Source: Octopus bimaculoides (lineage: Eukaryota). Taken from it: a DNA stretch of 63,725 nt. Made by a program: the position numbers and the translations under genes. The stretch is taken from NCBI RefSeq assembly GCF_001194135.2, contig NC_068982.1:4266417-4330141 (forward strand). The letters run 5' to 3'. Below are positions 12,803-25,708 of the stretch, in pieces. Numbering within the stretch: position 1 is the stretch's first letter; the number at the start of each line of letters is the position of its first letter. The notes below the pieces were generated by a model. It did no database searches and had not been told where the DNA came from. It saw nothing but the letters and a program-made list of their open reading frames with translations.

Positions 12803-12942
12803 TATATATATATATATGTATATATATGTGTATATATGTACGTATATATATATTTATATGTTTATATATATACACACACACACACATGTATATGTACATG
12901 TCGGTGTATGTCCGCGTGTGTAGAGACAGGAACAATTATTAA

Positions 12943-13190
12943 CTTGAGCAATACCCTTCATTTCACGTTGCTCTAGTTCACTCAGCTGTAGAAATTAGTT
13001 GCGACGTCACAGGTGCCAAGCTATATCAGCCTTTGCCTTTCTCTTGGATAACACTGGTGGCGTGGAGAGGGGAGGCTGGTATGCATGAGCGACTGCTGGT
13101 CTTCTACAAACAACCTTATCGGATTTGTGCCTCGGAGGGTAACTTTATAGGTGCTATATCCCATGGTCAGTCATGACCGAAGGGGGTCTC
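12943..13190 (+). mobile_element. CORE-like SINE (family D tail), 5'-truncated
   Basis: TGAGCAATACCCTTCATTTCACGTTGCTCTAGTTCACTCAGCTGTAGAAA core shared with 7930-8000, followed by a different tail ending GGTCAGTCATGACCGAAGGGGGTCTC. Confidence 0.7.
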
Positions 13191-13192
13191 AG

Positions 13193-13232
<40 letters not shown>

Positions 13233-13399
13233 NNNNNNNNNNNNNNNNNNNNNNNNNNNNNNNNNNNNNNNNNNNNNNNNNNNNNNNNNNNNNNNNNNNN
13301 NNNNNNNNNNNNNNNNNNNNNNNNNNNNNNNNNNNNNNNNNNNNNNNNNNNNNNNNATATATATATATATATATATATATATATACTACATATATATAT

Positions 13400-13530
13400 A
13401 CGACGGGCTTGTTTCGGTTTCCGTCTATGAAATCTATTCACAAGGTTTTGGTCGGCCCGAAGTTGTCACGTAGAGTCAGACTGAACTCGGAACCAAGTGA
13501 TCGGGAAGCGAATAGCCACGTGCTTATAAA
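13400..13530 (-). mobile_element. SINE family B fragment
   Basis: CGACGGGCTT..TTTCCGTCT..CACAAGGTTTTGGTCGGCCCGA..GACTGAACTCGGAACCA. Confidence 0.7.
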
Positions 13531-14324
13531 TAACATAAGTGTCACAGGGAACAAGGCAGGTGCAACAACATTTCTGTAAAGCTGGAGCGATTGTGCAAAT
13601 ACCTGTTTTTTTTTTTTAACGCACAAACGCTATCTTATTGTTCCAAGTCAAATACGCCTTCCAAGACGTTTTCCACCTCAACCGTTGCTTACTCGTTCTT
13701 CGTGGTTGATAAAATAAGTACCAGTTATAAATTGCTTTCAGCTCAATTGACTCTACAAAACTGTAATGTGTCAGCCAATCCTGTCAAAGCTATGTCGAAG
13801 TAGAATCGATATTGGATACATTATTTAACCGTACTTGAGGTACTTTAAGCTCGTTAAAATACGGATGAGAAAATATAAATAAAACAAACTTCGCGAAAAA
13901 TTCAACACAAATCATGAAATAATTAATGATAAATAAAAATCTCTCTTAAACAGCAAAACTCCTCTCGATATTTTTTTATAGTTTTTATGATATTACTTTT
14001 TACATAGCGTTGAATAATTGAGATGTATATATTGAATTGAGAACACTTTATCACGTATATTAAGCATATACACTACCGCGACATATCACGCGTGTTTACA
14101 TCTGCCTTGCACATTTTTAATGCGTGTGGAAGTTACATTCAGCTTTACTAATGTTTAGCATTTGAAATGAATAATTTTTAGTTTTGTTCAAATAATTTTT
14201 ACAATTCCGGGCTGGCTACGGAAGCACGAACATGACAATAAAAATATATTTTAATGTATTTTTATTGAGCATTTGATCATAGTCTGTTCCGTTCTGAAAT
14301 AACATGGTGGTTCATTCATATCAG

Positions 14325-14484
14325 TCTTTTCTTTCTATTATCGTTTACTTGTTTCAGTCAAAAGACTGTGGCCATGCTGGGGCACCACCTTGAAGAATTT
14401 TAGTCGAACGAATTGACCCCAGTATTTCATTTTTTACAAGCCTGGTAAATCGGTGTCTTTTGTCGAACCGCTAAGTTACAGGGA

Positions 14485-14557
<73 letters not shown>

Positions 14558-14716
14558 GATGAGCTTCTTTCAGTTTCTACCAAATTCACTCACAAGGCTA
14601 TGATCATCCCGAAACTATTGTAGAAGACACCCGCCCAAGTTGTCACGAAGTGGGACAGAACCCAGAACCATGTGGTTGGGAAGCAAACTTCTTACCACAT
14701 AGTCACGCCTGTGTCT
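14325..14716 (-). mobile_element. SINE family B, near full length, internal (CA)n
   Basis: Aligns end to end with 58001-58427. Confidence 0.85.
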
Positions 14717-15955
14717 ATTTCATTTCTGTGAAAATTTCTTGAGCGTTTTCAAAATCCATGGATCTTCACAAACCATACTTATTGTGTATTCACGCTAAAT
14801 TAACAACAAAATATAGACCAACCGCAGAACATGAAGTAATGTACTTCTTGCAATCAATTTGCTACATGGTCTCAATTTTCGTTTGAAAATAATCCACTTG
14901 AAATATACAGCTAATGTGCTTGAGAAAAGTATGCGCATCACCTTGTCTCATTCGCCTATCTCAATAAATAAATAATTAAATAAATCAAGTAATGCTTATA
15001 CCAAAAATTAGTATCCTCTTGTTTCAGATTCTTTTTTGTGTCGTTGTAGAATGTTTCGTTACAGTTTGATAGGTAGGGGAGGATATTTCTTCAGCGCATG
15101 CTCCGCGACCCAATGATCTACTACTGTGTGAGATATTTAGATACGTTAGGAGAAAAAAAAGTATTAAAAAACATGAAATGTATTTTTCATTAAAATATTG
15201 CAAAATATAGCCGTAAACTTGTCAACTAAATTTAATTTAGAGCGACAAGTGACGGAGATTTATACCTATTAATTCATTTACAGTAAATATTACCAATAAG
15301 AATGAATATATTTATTTCGCGGAAACGTAATAATGATGACTGCAAATCTGAAAGTGAACTAGGTCTAACGTTAAAAAGTGATAGTACAGCCTAATTGTCA
15401 ATATTTCGACTGTTATTTAAATTTTAGTTTCTTTCGGGCCGCAGACGAGAATCAAACATCCTTATTGTCGGTTGTGAGAAGAGACAAATTTTGGAAGAAA
15501 CAGTGGTATGTAGTTATTAAAAGCGATATCTATTTTACATTTAAACATCCATATTTTTCAAGGAAAGTTATTTTAAAAGTTTGACAGAACAGCAATTAAA
15601 GCACAGGCAATATCCTTTTTAAATACTTTGACAGTTTCTGAAAAATGTTCAAATCACTTCACTTCAAATAACTGAAATGGTTGTACAGAAATGAAAGCAG
15701 ACTCTTTACTTAAGTCAATTATTTTGAATGTCGAAAGATGATTAAAAAGATGTTAGAAAACGGAACAGAATAAGAAATAAACAAAATTATCCTCTCAAAT
15801 ACAGTTTATTGAGGAATTATGGTGCTACCTGCAAATGCCGGAAAAAATGTACAGAATAAACTAGAATTCACTTCACAGGCTAATGACTCTGCTGACTCGT
15901 AACAAAGCACAATTCCTTTCAGTGTTTGCTTCTCAGATAAATGCCGAACAATTAT

Positions 15956-16000
15956 TCTGTGCTGATGAAAGGAAATAACCCAGGAATCGCGATACACAGA
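15956..16000 (+). ncRNA. Type I hammerhead motif (GAAA mutated to GGAA)
   Basis: TCTGTG-CTGATGA-aaggaaataaccca-GGAA-TCGCGA-TA-CACAGA; palindromic stem III. Confidence 0.65.
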
Positions 16001-16291
16001 TATTGTTTTGTGCTGAGTGGAGATGCTAAATACCCTTGTTCGAAAATATAAGGACATAGATAGTGTGTCGTATAGCCAGCTAGAAATGATGTTTCCTGGG
16101 GTTAAATAACTGTAATATTCGTCCTAATCCAGGACTGCCAAGTTATGTTGGCAAATAAACCTTACGCTAGAGTACTGTTACTGAATGTCTCTCGTTGAGA
16201 GATTTACAAATAGAAATTTTCTATTTTATTAGATCAGTGACTGTGCGTCACTTTGAAAACTATATATTTCGAAAAAGAATTTTGCAACGCC

Positions 16292-16338
16292 ATCTCTGCT
16301 GATGAAGGGAAATAACCCAGAAATCGTGATACACAGAT
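16292..16338 (+). ncRNA. Type I minimal hammerhead ribozyme, intact core
   Basis: ATCTCTG-CTGATGA-a-GGG aaataa CCC-a-GAAA-TcgtgA-TA-CACAGAT; 6 of 7 stem I pairs; predicted AUA cleavage after 16331. Confidence 0.75.
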
Positions 16339-17019
16339 ATTATTTTGTGCCTAGTGGGGATGCTAAACTTCCTTGCTCGAAAATATAAGGAAACAGATAC
16401 TGTGTCGTATAGCCAGGTGGAGACGATGTTTCCTGGGGCTAAATAACAGTATCATTCGTCCTAGACCAGGACTGCCACGTTATGTTGGCAAATAATCTTT
16501 ACCCATAATTTTTTTCTTTACTGCAAAAGAATGACATGTACCCCAAGAGGTCAATATATCTCTGATATTTTATCGACCAATTTTGAAAATGTAGACCAGC
16601 ATGGAAGGTAATTTGTAATGATGGATTGGAGGTCTGTCCTGTTAAGTTCCGTTAACAGCTCGGTAGAAAATTCTTAATGTTATCCAAATGCATTGAATCT
16701 CTTCATAGGGAGATACTCATTTCAAAATCATTCGCAGTCGAATTAAAATAGCAAAAAGTTGACGAACAAATTGCTGAAATAGATAATTTCATAACCAGCA
16801 GATTATTGAAGACTCATTTGAACAAATTTGCATCGATATGGATTCAATACACACAGGCATAGTTTTTATACGGAACTTAGATGGTTGTTTAGATGTTAAA
16901 AAACTATGAAGGACACATGAACATTTGCTCGTGAAAAAGAAAATAAAAGCACGGACGCTTGTGTGAGTAACTTTGAAATTAATTTCGGATTTCTTGCTTG
17001 GAATATTTGGTGTGTAGAA

Positions 17020-17215
17020 GGAAGCGAGCTGGTAGGATAGTTACCGCGCCGGGAAAATTCACGTTCTGTGCTCAAATGTCACTGGGGCCGACTTTGCTTT
17101 TCACCCTTTCCTGATTGATAAAATAAATACTAGTTGAATACTGGAGTCTATGCAATCGACTTACCTTGTACCCTGAAATTTCTGGCCCTGTGCCGAAATT
17201 AGAAGCCAATATTTA
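17020..17215 (+). mobile_element. Degenerate SINE family A
   Basis: GCGAGCTGGTAGGATAGTTA..CACGTTCTGTGCTCAAAT..GACTTTGCTTTTCACCCTTTC..GATAAAATAAATACTAG. Confidence 0.65.
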
Positions 17216-17262
17216 GTGAGTGGACATTATTATACTCACAAAGATAAAAAATAGTTCTAATA

Positions 17263-17477
17263 TTCTTTTCTACTCTAGGCACAAGGCCCGAAATTTTGGG
17301 GGAGGGGCCAGTCGATTAGATCAACCCTAGTAGGCAACTGGTACTTAATTTATCGACCCCGAAAGGATGAAAGGCAAAGTCGACCTCAGCGGAATTTAAA
17401 CTCAGAACGTAAAGATAGACGAAATACAGCTAAGCATTTTGCCCGGCGTGCTAACGACTCTGCCAGCTCTCCGCCTT
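17263..17477 (-). mobile_element. SINE family A, full length, with TSD
   Basis: Flanked by near-identical AAAA(T)TAGTTCTAATAT on both sides. Confidence 0.9.
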
Positions 17478-17492
17478 AAAATTAGTTCTAAT

Positions 17493-17701
17493 ATGGGCCT
17501 AAGGTTAGCAGTTTTGAGGGGAAGAGTTAGTTTATTACAGCAGAGTCGATAAAATAAAGTACTTGACTGGTGCTTTATTTCATGGATCCTGAAAGGTAAG
17601 CTTGACTCAGGCGATATATAAACTTGGAATGTAAGGAACCGGAATAAATGCTGCTAAGCATTTTGTCCGACACACAACCGATTCTGCCAGTTTGCCGCTT
17701 T
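17493..17701 (-). mobile_element. Older degenerate SINE family A
   Basis: ACTGGTGCTTTATTTCATGGATCCTGAAAGG...CTGCTAAGCATTTTGTCCG..GATTCTGCCAGTTTGCCGC. Confidence 0.6.
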
Positions 17702-19335
17702 AATTTACAAGCGTAATTATAATAACCCATTATACAAGCAAAAACTGACCATATTCTCACACTGACACACAAATCGACTGCATTTCAGGAAACCTATGCC
17801 ATTCGGAAAATAATGTTAAAAGGAGGTACCTTTAAAAATGCGTCCTTTAAAACGAGTAGGTGTGTAGGGGACACAATGAGTAATATTTACTGCATTTCTG
17901 ACCTCGAGAAAAAGATTTTTTTACAAGTGTTTACTATCTTATACAAACTAAATCAGCTAAGCAAATGACTTTCACTAAATACGTTAAAAGCACTATAGCA
18001 TCTGAAGAACACTATTTCAGAAAATTATCTCGGTTTTTTTATTAACATACTAAAGGAAAATTTAGGCGGGGCAAAATGAGTAAAACAAAATAAGGTAAAT
18101 TTGCCACTTTAATTGTCCTTATCCATTCTTAGACATCAGAAAATTCGGAAATGCAACAAAAATTTACAATATCTGAGGCATAGGCATATGAAAGATTATG
18201 GAAAAATGGCACATGATAAGGAATTAGCAAAACTCGACTAAATCTAAGACCTCGGCATAAAATATTCTTCATAGCTTCTTCATGATTTGCTAGAGTGACT
18301 CTCTTCCTGGATATATTTACACAGCATATATTTAGAAAGACGTTGTTGAACTCAGTCATTACTTACTTTGCCCCACCTTAGACATAATTTCTTTGGAAAT
18401 TGAAAATTATCAAATTAGACGTTAGTATAGGAAAATATTCACTTGGAAGCCAATTGAGAAAAGAATTGAGATTGTTAACACCAAAAATTATCCAGATATT
18501 TTCTAAGCAGCCTTAATTACAATCGGGTCAAATTTGAAGAAAAATTTCTTGAAAAAAACCCCAAAAAACAAAACAAAAAACAAAAAAAAACACAAAAAAG
18601 AAATAAACAAATAAAAAACAAATAAAAAACAAACAAAAATCCTGTCTGCTATGTTTCAGACTCTCCCGACTTCAACAGCAACAACCTCAACAGCAACAAC
18701 AACAACAGCAACATCAACAACAATACTGAACGACTTCTGCTCTCAAAGATGATGGAACTTCAAAGTGATGGTGCAATACTTGCAATATAATGGTGTGAAA
18801 CAGGTAAAAAGAAAATAGCAAAAAAATCAGAAATGATTCATTTTGCCACCTACGATAAAAGAAATTATTCGTGTTGTATTTGAAATTTATATAACTCAGA
18901 AAGAGTAAGTAAACGTTTATTTTTCATCCTTAAAAGCAGACAAATATAATTGAATTCGAAATGCGTTATAAAATTTTCATCTGTTGTTGGTTTGAAGTTT
19001 TATGAAAAAGAGATATATTCTATGATATCCGTTAGCGTAATTTTTGATTTTTATCGGAGAAGAATATCTTTCAGCTGTTTTTGTTTTAATTCAGTTTTCT
19101 GTTTTATATTTATATGAACTGGAATCTTTTCTTCAATCAATATCTTTAAATTTAGAAAAAAAAAAAAAAAAAAAAAAAAAGGGAGAGAGAGAGGCGTCAT
19201 TTCATTGAAGATGAAATACGGGTATTTTGATCTCAGAAACGTCCAAATATAAAAAAATATTGCCAAAAAACTTTGGATTTATGTATTTTTAATAACAATT
19301 CTTCATTTATTGAATAAAGAAATAAGTACTAAATT

Positions 19336-19777
19336 ATAAGCAAGAAAGCTAGTTCTAAAATCTCTCTAAGAGATCAACGCAGTAGTTGTACTATCAAGTA
19401 ATGTTCATAACCACTTCGACATGACTGTTCCGTCGAACGGACTTTACTGCGACTTTTTAACCCCAAGAGGACATCTCCTCTAGTTGGCTAACAATGCATA
19501 CCTGCATCCGATATGTTACGAGTAGGGGAACGAACCCCTACCATCTTCTAGCGACGGAACAAGCATACCAGCCTGGTTTCGAGCTATTTCTTCCTCTCTT
19601 CAGCACTGGACACCACGTTTGCTAGACATAGCAGTAGCTCGCAATGTATATAAATTCAAGTGAACATACAGTCACTGATTTTGCAACAAGCAAAAAAGTT
19701 ACTTCTAAAATCTTTCTGAGACGTCAACGCAGAAGTTGTACTCGCAACTAATATACGTAGCCACTTCAACATGGCTG
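19336..19777 (-). mobile_element. 350-nt partial tandem unit with hammerhead, family H2
   Basis: 19336-19427 repeats at 19686-19777 (period 350); the hammerhead lies between the repeats. Confidence 0.7.
19562..19607 (-). ncRNA. Type I hammerhead ribozyme, intact core
   Basis: Minus strand AGTG-CTGAAGA-GAG gaagaaatag CTC-GAAA-CCA ggc TGG-TA-TGCT; GUA site; weak stem I (2 G-U pairs). Confidence 0.7.
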
Positions 19778-19971
19778 AATTGTGCCACATTAATAATGTA
19801 TAACTACTTTAAAAGTGGCACCGTCGAGTTTACTGTTACAGAAGTCAACCACCTGATTAACACGTTACAAATACAATCTGAAAATGGAGCAGTAGAACTA
19901 TGCAAAACATTTCTCAGGTTTTTAATTTTTGATATTGTCTTCGTTATCTACGTTCCAATGATGGAACTTTG

Positions 19972-19974
<3 letters not shown>

Positions 19975-20003
<29 letters not shown>

Positions 20004-20117
20004 TGTATGTATGTATGTATGCATGTATGTATGTGTGTGTATGTATGTATGTGTGTATGTATGTGTGTGTGTGTAAATATATACGTGTATGTATATGTAT
20101 GTATGTATATATATATA
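19975..20117. repeat. (TATG)n/(TG)n compound microsatellite
   Basis: Directly visible. Confidence 0.9.
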
Positions 20118-21840
20118 CTTTGATAGGTTTCGGCCAGTACTGGCTCAGGCCATGTCTAATTTAATAGCACCACCTGGTGAAGTCATTAAATCAGGAATCG
20201 GACAACATGGACCACTCGAGGAGAGAGTTATTGTTTATGGCGACATATCCGGGTGTAGGAGGTTTATCCGGGATTTTTTGAAGGAATTTGTCCAAAGACT
20301 TCTTGAACTTTATGGGGTCTGTTTCTGCTTTAATGTGTTTTGGTGTAATGTTAAAGAGAGCGGGGCCAACTGAGGTGAAATAATTGTGCCGTATTGTTAT
20401 ATGATGCGAGTATGATTCATGTTGTGGGCGGTTAGCACGGGGTTCAAATCTTGGTTGTATCTTAAAGGCGATGCCAACATCATTGGGGCAATACTGATGG
20501 AATATTTTCCACATCATGCAAATGATGTAACGCTCACGGCAGTGTTGGAGAGAATAAAGCTTGAGCTTTTCTAGTCGACCCCAATAGTCAAAACCTGTCA
20601 TGCCATCTATCTTTCTTGTAATTGACCTTTGAAGTGCTTCAGTTTTCATGATACTTTGTTTCGTGTGGGGAAACCACAGTGGACAATAGTGTTCGAGGTG
20701 GGGTCGGGCAAAAGTGGAGAAGTGAAGGATAATGGTGTGGATATCTTTCGACTGGAAAGTTCTGAGAATCCAGGAGCATATTCTGCGGGCCATGTCAGCT
20801 TTGCTGTTTATATGAGCAGCCCAGCTTATGCTGTTGTCCACAATTACTCCCAAGTCTCTGATGTTGTTGGATGCCATGGGGGTTTCACATGTTGGGGTCT
20901 ACCTATCAGGAAACACTTGATCCATTGCAGTAACTTTCTAGAGACACCAATGTTGGATAGTTTTTTGAAGAGGATCTTATGATCCACCCTGTCAAAGCCT
21001 TGCTGAAATCAAGGTAGATTACATCACTATTCGAGCCCTCTCCCACAGCTCTCGAAATGTCATCAAGGTGATGCAGGAGCTGCGTTAGGCAGTTTTTTCC
21101 ATTACGGAACTCATGTTGGTTGGGGTTCAGCAGTCTGTTGCTTTCAAGAAAGTGTGTTATCCGTGATCTCACCACCCTCTCAAATACCTTGAGGATATGA
21201 GAGGTGAGCGAGATCGGCTGGTAGTTTCCCTTTTTGAAAATTGGGACAGAAAGTTCTCAGGAATATAGCCATTATCCAGTGAGTTCCTTCACAGATTAGC
21301 AAGAGGAGATGCAAGTTGGTGTCGACACACCTTCAGGACACAAGCAGGGAACCTATCAGGGCCTACTGCTGAATTGTGTTCAATTTGGTTTATTGGCGCT
21401 AAGACATCAGGGGCGGCAAGCGTTATGTCCGATATAGTGTGTTGAGGATTAAAATCACTGACAGTCCAAATCGGCAATATCAGGGTTGCTAAAAACAAAG
21501 CAGTACTGTTTCTGCAGTATCTCAGTCATAGCTCTTGCATTATCTTGGAGGATGCCATTTTCATCAATTAGAGGGCCAACAGTAGGGTGTGTTTTTTCGC
21601 AAAAGAGAACACTTTGGGGTTGGTAAGTATCAAATAGGATATTCCGGTTGTGTACTCAGAGAAAACCAACCCTGTGAGTATTTAACCCCTAGTCTGGTCC
21701 AAAGCACTCACGGGCCTCGATAGACTTCAGCCCCGTCTCTGGTGTATTCTTAGGATATTCTTTAGTTTGGAAAATTATGTTTCATCTGATGATTTCGGTT
21801 TTTTGTAATGGAGTAATGTTCTCATTCTTCTATTAAAAAG
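20118..21840 (-). mobile_element. CR1-like LINE, 3' portion of ORF2 with internal deletion of the RT core
   Basis: PTVGPLIDENG, NPNQHEFRNGKNCLTQLL, DVIYLDFSKA, RDLGVIVD, RLEKLKLYSL..RERY. KLLQWIKCFL joins almost directly to RDLGV, so the PQGS and YADD motifs are missing. Confidence 0.85.
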
Positions 21841-21900
21841 ATGAGTAAGAAACAGCTGTAATGAGCTGACAATTACCGATCGTATGTTATTATTCATTTG

Positions 21901-21940
<40 letters not shown>

Positions 21941-22751
21941 ACATATTTGCTCGTACAAATAATAGATATTAATGTTTAGGAAGCGCTGAAATATTCGCTA
22001 TTATAAGAATTTTGCTTTTGTTTGGAGAAGCAATAAAGTAGCAGACTGTTAATTTTCGTGATGTATCATGGTACCTGTCATCTCCAAGAGAAGCATTAAG
22101 CTGGTGGAATCGAACTTATCAGATCCATATCATTATCTCCATTCTTCGTTCCGCGATAATACTATTTCTCAAAAAAATAGATATTTTTTCAGCAATGAAA
22201 GAATTTCATACCTATTTTAACGAATTCCACTGTTTGAAAGAAATGATTAATCAAACCATCAGAGAGACTTAATCTATGATTTATTATTTCACAATCTCAT
22301 ACCTTATATTTTTGTCAAAGAAGGGTGAATATTGTGATTTCGCGTTTCTTAACAATCGATGTATCATTTAGCAAGTGAGTTCTTCCCCTTACTGAAGCCG
22401 GAAGTTGAGCTGTACCATTAGTTTTTGAATAAATCCCTCTATACACACCGCTCACCGTGACTTCATTCGACAGGAACATTCTATGGCGATAGATATGTAC
22501 ATGAGCGTGAGGTAGATGTGAAATTCGCTTTCCTCTGTTATATTAAGCTTATCTTCAATACGGAATCACTCTTGAAAAAGAATTTGTATAGCAATGATGG
22601 CCATTAAGCCCAGCGGGTGCATATCAGGACACGATGCAAATACAGAAGATAATTTAATTTTGGCTATCGCGTCTCAGTGGATTTCATCTAAAAGATGCAC
22701 ATAGCTAATAAGAATACATCTCCACTCATCCTGCTCCTTTCCTTTTCCACC

Positions 22752-22795
<44 letters not shown>

Positions 22796-23345
22796 AACAC
22801 ACGCACATTCCGCATGTACGACTGTATGTATAAATGCATGTGCGTATGTATATGCCTGTGTGTGCATGTGAGTATATATAGGTCTGTCAACACAATCGCA
22901 TACATATATAATTTCATAGGTAGATGTTACTAGAGGCGATAAGATCATAACCGGAAAATTAAAATCGAGATATTTCGAGATATAGCGAAGCGAACAAACT
23001 AACGAAGACATACACACACGTTCATATACTTACACCCACGTACAATACGTACACTTGAAGCACGTGTAAACTGGAAATACGTACAGAAGCAAAACCTGGA
23101 AACAAGTGATATGCATTAAAACAGCCTCGCATTGGTTCGTAAACGTGCACACGGACTTATACTGAGGTACTCGCACACTCACACACATACGAACGCTCAC
23201 ACATACACACACAAAATTATACTTATTTTCTTGATTCTAAGTTTCATGCTAAATTGTACATTCTTCATGTGGATGCAATTCAAATGAAGGTTTCGCTCAA
23301 GAAAAATAGATTCATCCAAGCACATACTCAACTTGTGACTGCATG

Positions 23346-23393
<48 letters not shown>

Positions 23394-24179
23394 GCATTGA
23401 TATGTATATGCCTTAAATTCTCTCTTCATATTTCGCTCTCTAGCACTGGTATCTTCTTACTGGAGTATTTCGAAGGATGACTGGTTTCGATTTTGATATA
23501 TTTAATATATTCACGGAGAGAATTTTCTGTGTAATATCCCTTCGTTAACAAGTTGAGTTTAGAAATGAAGAACAAAGTTCATTCTTCAATGGGCACATAT
23601 CTCTGTAAACAGCAGTTCCTGATCGAAAAACAAAAAATGACGAAAGAATAAACAAGAGAAGTAAATAAATGACTGCGTATTTAGTTTACAGCCATTTACG
23701 TTTTTATTTCAATATTGTCTGGGACAGATTTGTATTTCATCTTTCCGGGTCGATAAATAAAGGATCAGGCTAGTAGTGGGCTTGATTTAATATTTCTATA
23801 AAGCATCTTGATATGAAATAGGAAAGCATGCCCAAACACTGTAACAATGAGCGTCTAACCATGAAAAGTAACAACTGGATAAAGAAATATTTTCCCCAGG
23901 CTTTTGTGCGTGCAGTAAATCGATAACTTAGAATATGCTTCTCGTACTTGTGCTCTTAACAACATTTGGGCCATCCGTACCAGGAATTTTATCGTCAACA
24001 GTGATGTAGGTGATCTTTATTTAAAATGATAATATCGATCTAAACAGCTGCTGAATGCTGCATGATATTGCGTCGATAACATAGACTAACCACCAAATAT
24101 AAAAATCGTGCCTTGGAGGATGTCTGCATACGCGAGACCTAAAAAAATACGATATTTGGAAAGGAGCTTCTTAGAAAGT

Positions 24180-24870
24180 ATCCCCTGACTGATAAACTGG
24201 GATATATACTCAGATATGTTGCACAACCTCTATCACAGGTCACCAGAAGAGACGCGCTCCATACGTACCGGCAAAAGGCATGTCTATATTCCCAGAAAGC
24301 TTCAAAGCAAGAACCACAGCGGCAGCCAGAGAAGTCTGTTCTGGACTGACAACTGGGATATCAGCCCTTACGATGAAGGATATGCTTTTACAATGCAGGA
24401 GCTGGAAATAGGATGCACAAAAGGGATAGAGATGCTGATAAACCACCTGGATACAGCAACAGATGGAGGCCTAATGAAATTAATGCTGAGGATATCATTC
24501 ACACTATAAGTAGCTTCCTAAAAATGTGCTCACGAAATTATCTCCTTGTGAGACATGATGTGGCTAGAACATTATCTAATGAAATCTGGAGAAAAGATTA
24601 TCCTGGGAAGACAAACATAAGGAGTTGCAGTGATGTGAACGGCATAAAAACACATGATTCGGAACACGCTGGTGGGATGCCCACACCGCGCGTGTAGTGA
24701 AATGCAAGCACAGCATGCCAGACATAATGATCTGGGACGAGAAAAGTAACCATGCAATTAGAATCAGTTACCTTGGAGAAAACGACAGAAGTTTAAAGAT
24801 TATTGAGAAAGAGAATATCTACGCCGGAATAAGTGAACAACACGTTTCTTCCGATTCAGTTAACCACTAC
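24180..24870 (+). mobile_element. RLE-type (R4/NeSL-like) non-LTR retrotransposon C-terminal fragment
   Basis: GYAFTMQELEI, EDIIHTISS..KM.SRNYLLVRHD (CCHC remnant), HSMPDIMIWD..RISY....KIIEKENIY (PD-(D/E)xK-like RLE). Confidence 0.7.
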
Positions 24871-25414
24871 TCTAATACATACAATACATAATGCTAATAA
24901 TAAATCTATAAATGGTCTACATTTTTGATTTTTGATTTTTTTCATAATTCCATGTGATTATAATACATAAGTGTCTTGTCTGTTTTGCCTGAGACTAATA
25001 ACACAGCAAAATTAGTGCTGTCAATTGAGTTAAAATGCTTTAACTCGATTTTATCTTGAAAATAAAATGTTAGTTATATTTATATTGGCACTAGAGTTCT
25101 TTAAAGCGATTTTAAAACCAATTATTCAGATTTTTCGGTCGGTCATAGTCAGTATCATAGATAACCTCGAGAAAAATGTTCCTGTCTCTCAATGATTTCG
25201 TTGTTTATTTTGTTCTCTCTTTGCCTTGTCGTCTTGCACCAGAAAAGTACAAACGTAGCAGCATCTTTCCAGTTTAGAACACCTCAACGAACGTGGTGGT
25301 GGTGGTGGTGGGGGGGGGGTGAAGTAAAAAACACGCACATAAAGACAGACACAGATGCGCGTGCGCCCGCACACACACATATATATAAAATAAATAATAT
25401 ATATATGCACACAC

Positions 25415-25457
<43 letters not shown>

Positions 25458-25650
25458 CATATGCACATATATACATGCATACATATATGCATGCATACAT
25501 ATATGCATATGTACACACACATTACGATTAGATAAAGATGGATAAAGATATATGTGTATGATTACATATACATACAGTATATGTTATATATGCATGCGAT
25601 TGTGAGGGTATATATATGAGCGTGCATATATGTATTTAGGTATGTATGCG

Positions 25651-25708
<58 letters not shown>

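Larger units (their letters stand above)
15930..16502 (+). mobile_element. Tandem ~337-nt hammerhead-containing units, family H1
   Basis: 15957-16160 repeats at 16294-16500; the CTGATGA cores at 15962 and 16299 are 337 nt apart. Confidence 0.8.

Noticed and set aside
18660-18803. In-frame TGA (DFCSQR*WNF) as selenocysteine
   Set aside because: Not a CxxU motif, no recognisable selenoprotein similarity and no SECIS identified.
20120-20165. Minus-strand GGCC...GGCC-GAAA-CC-TA hammerhead-like motif (also ~26265-26300)
   Set aside because: No CUGANGA core; it coincides with the 3' terminus of the CR1-like LINE.
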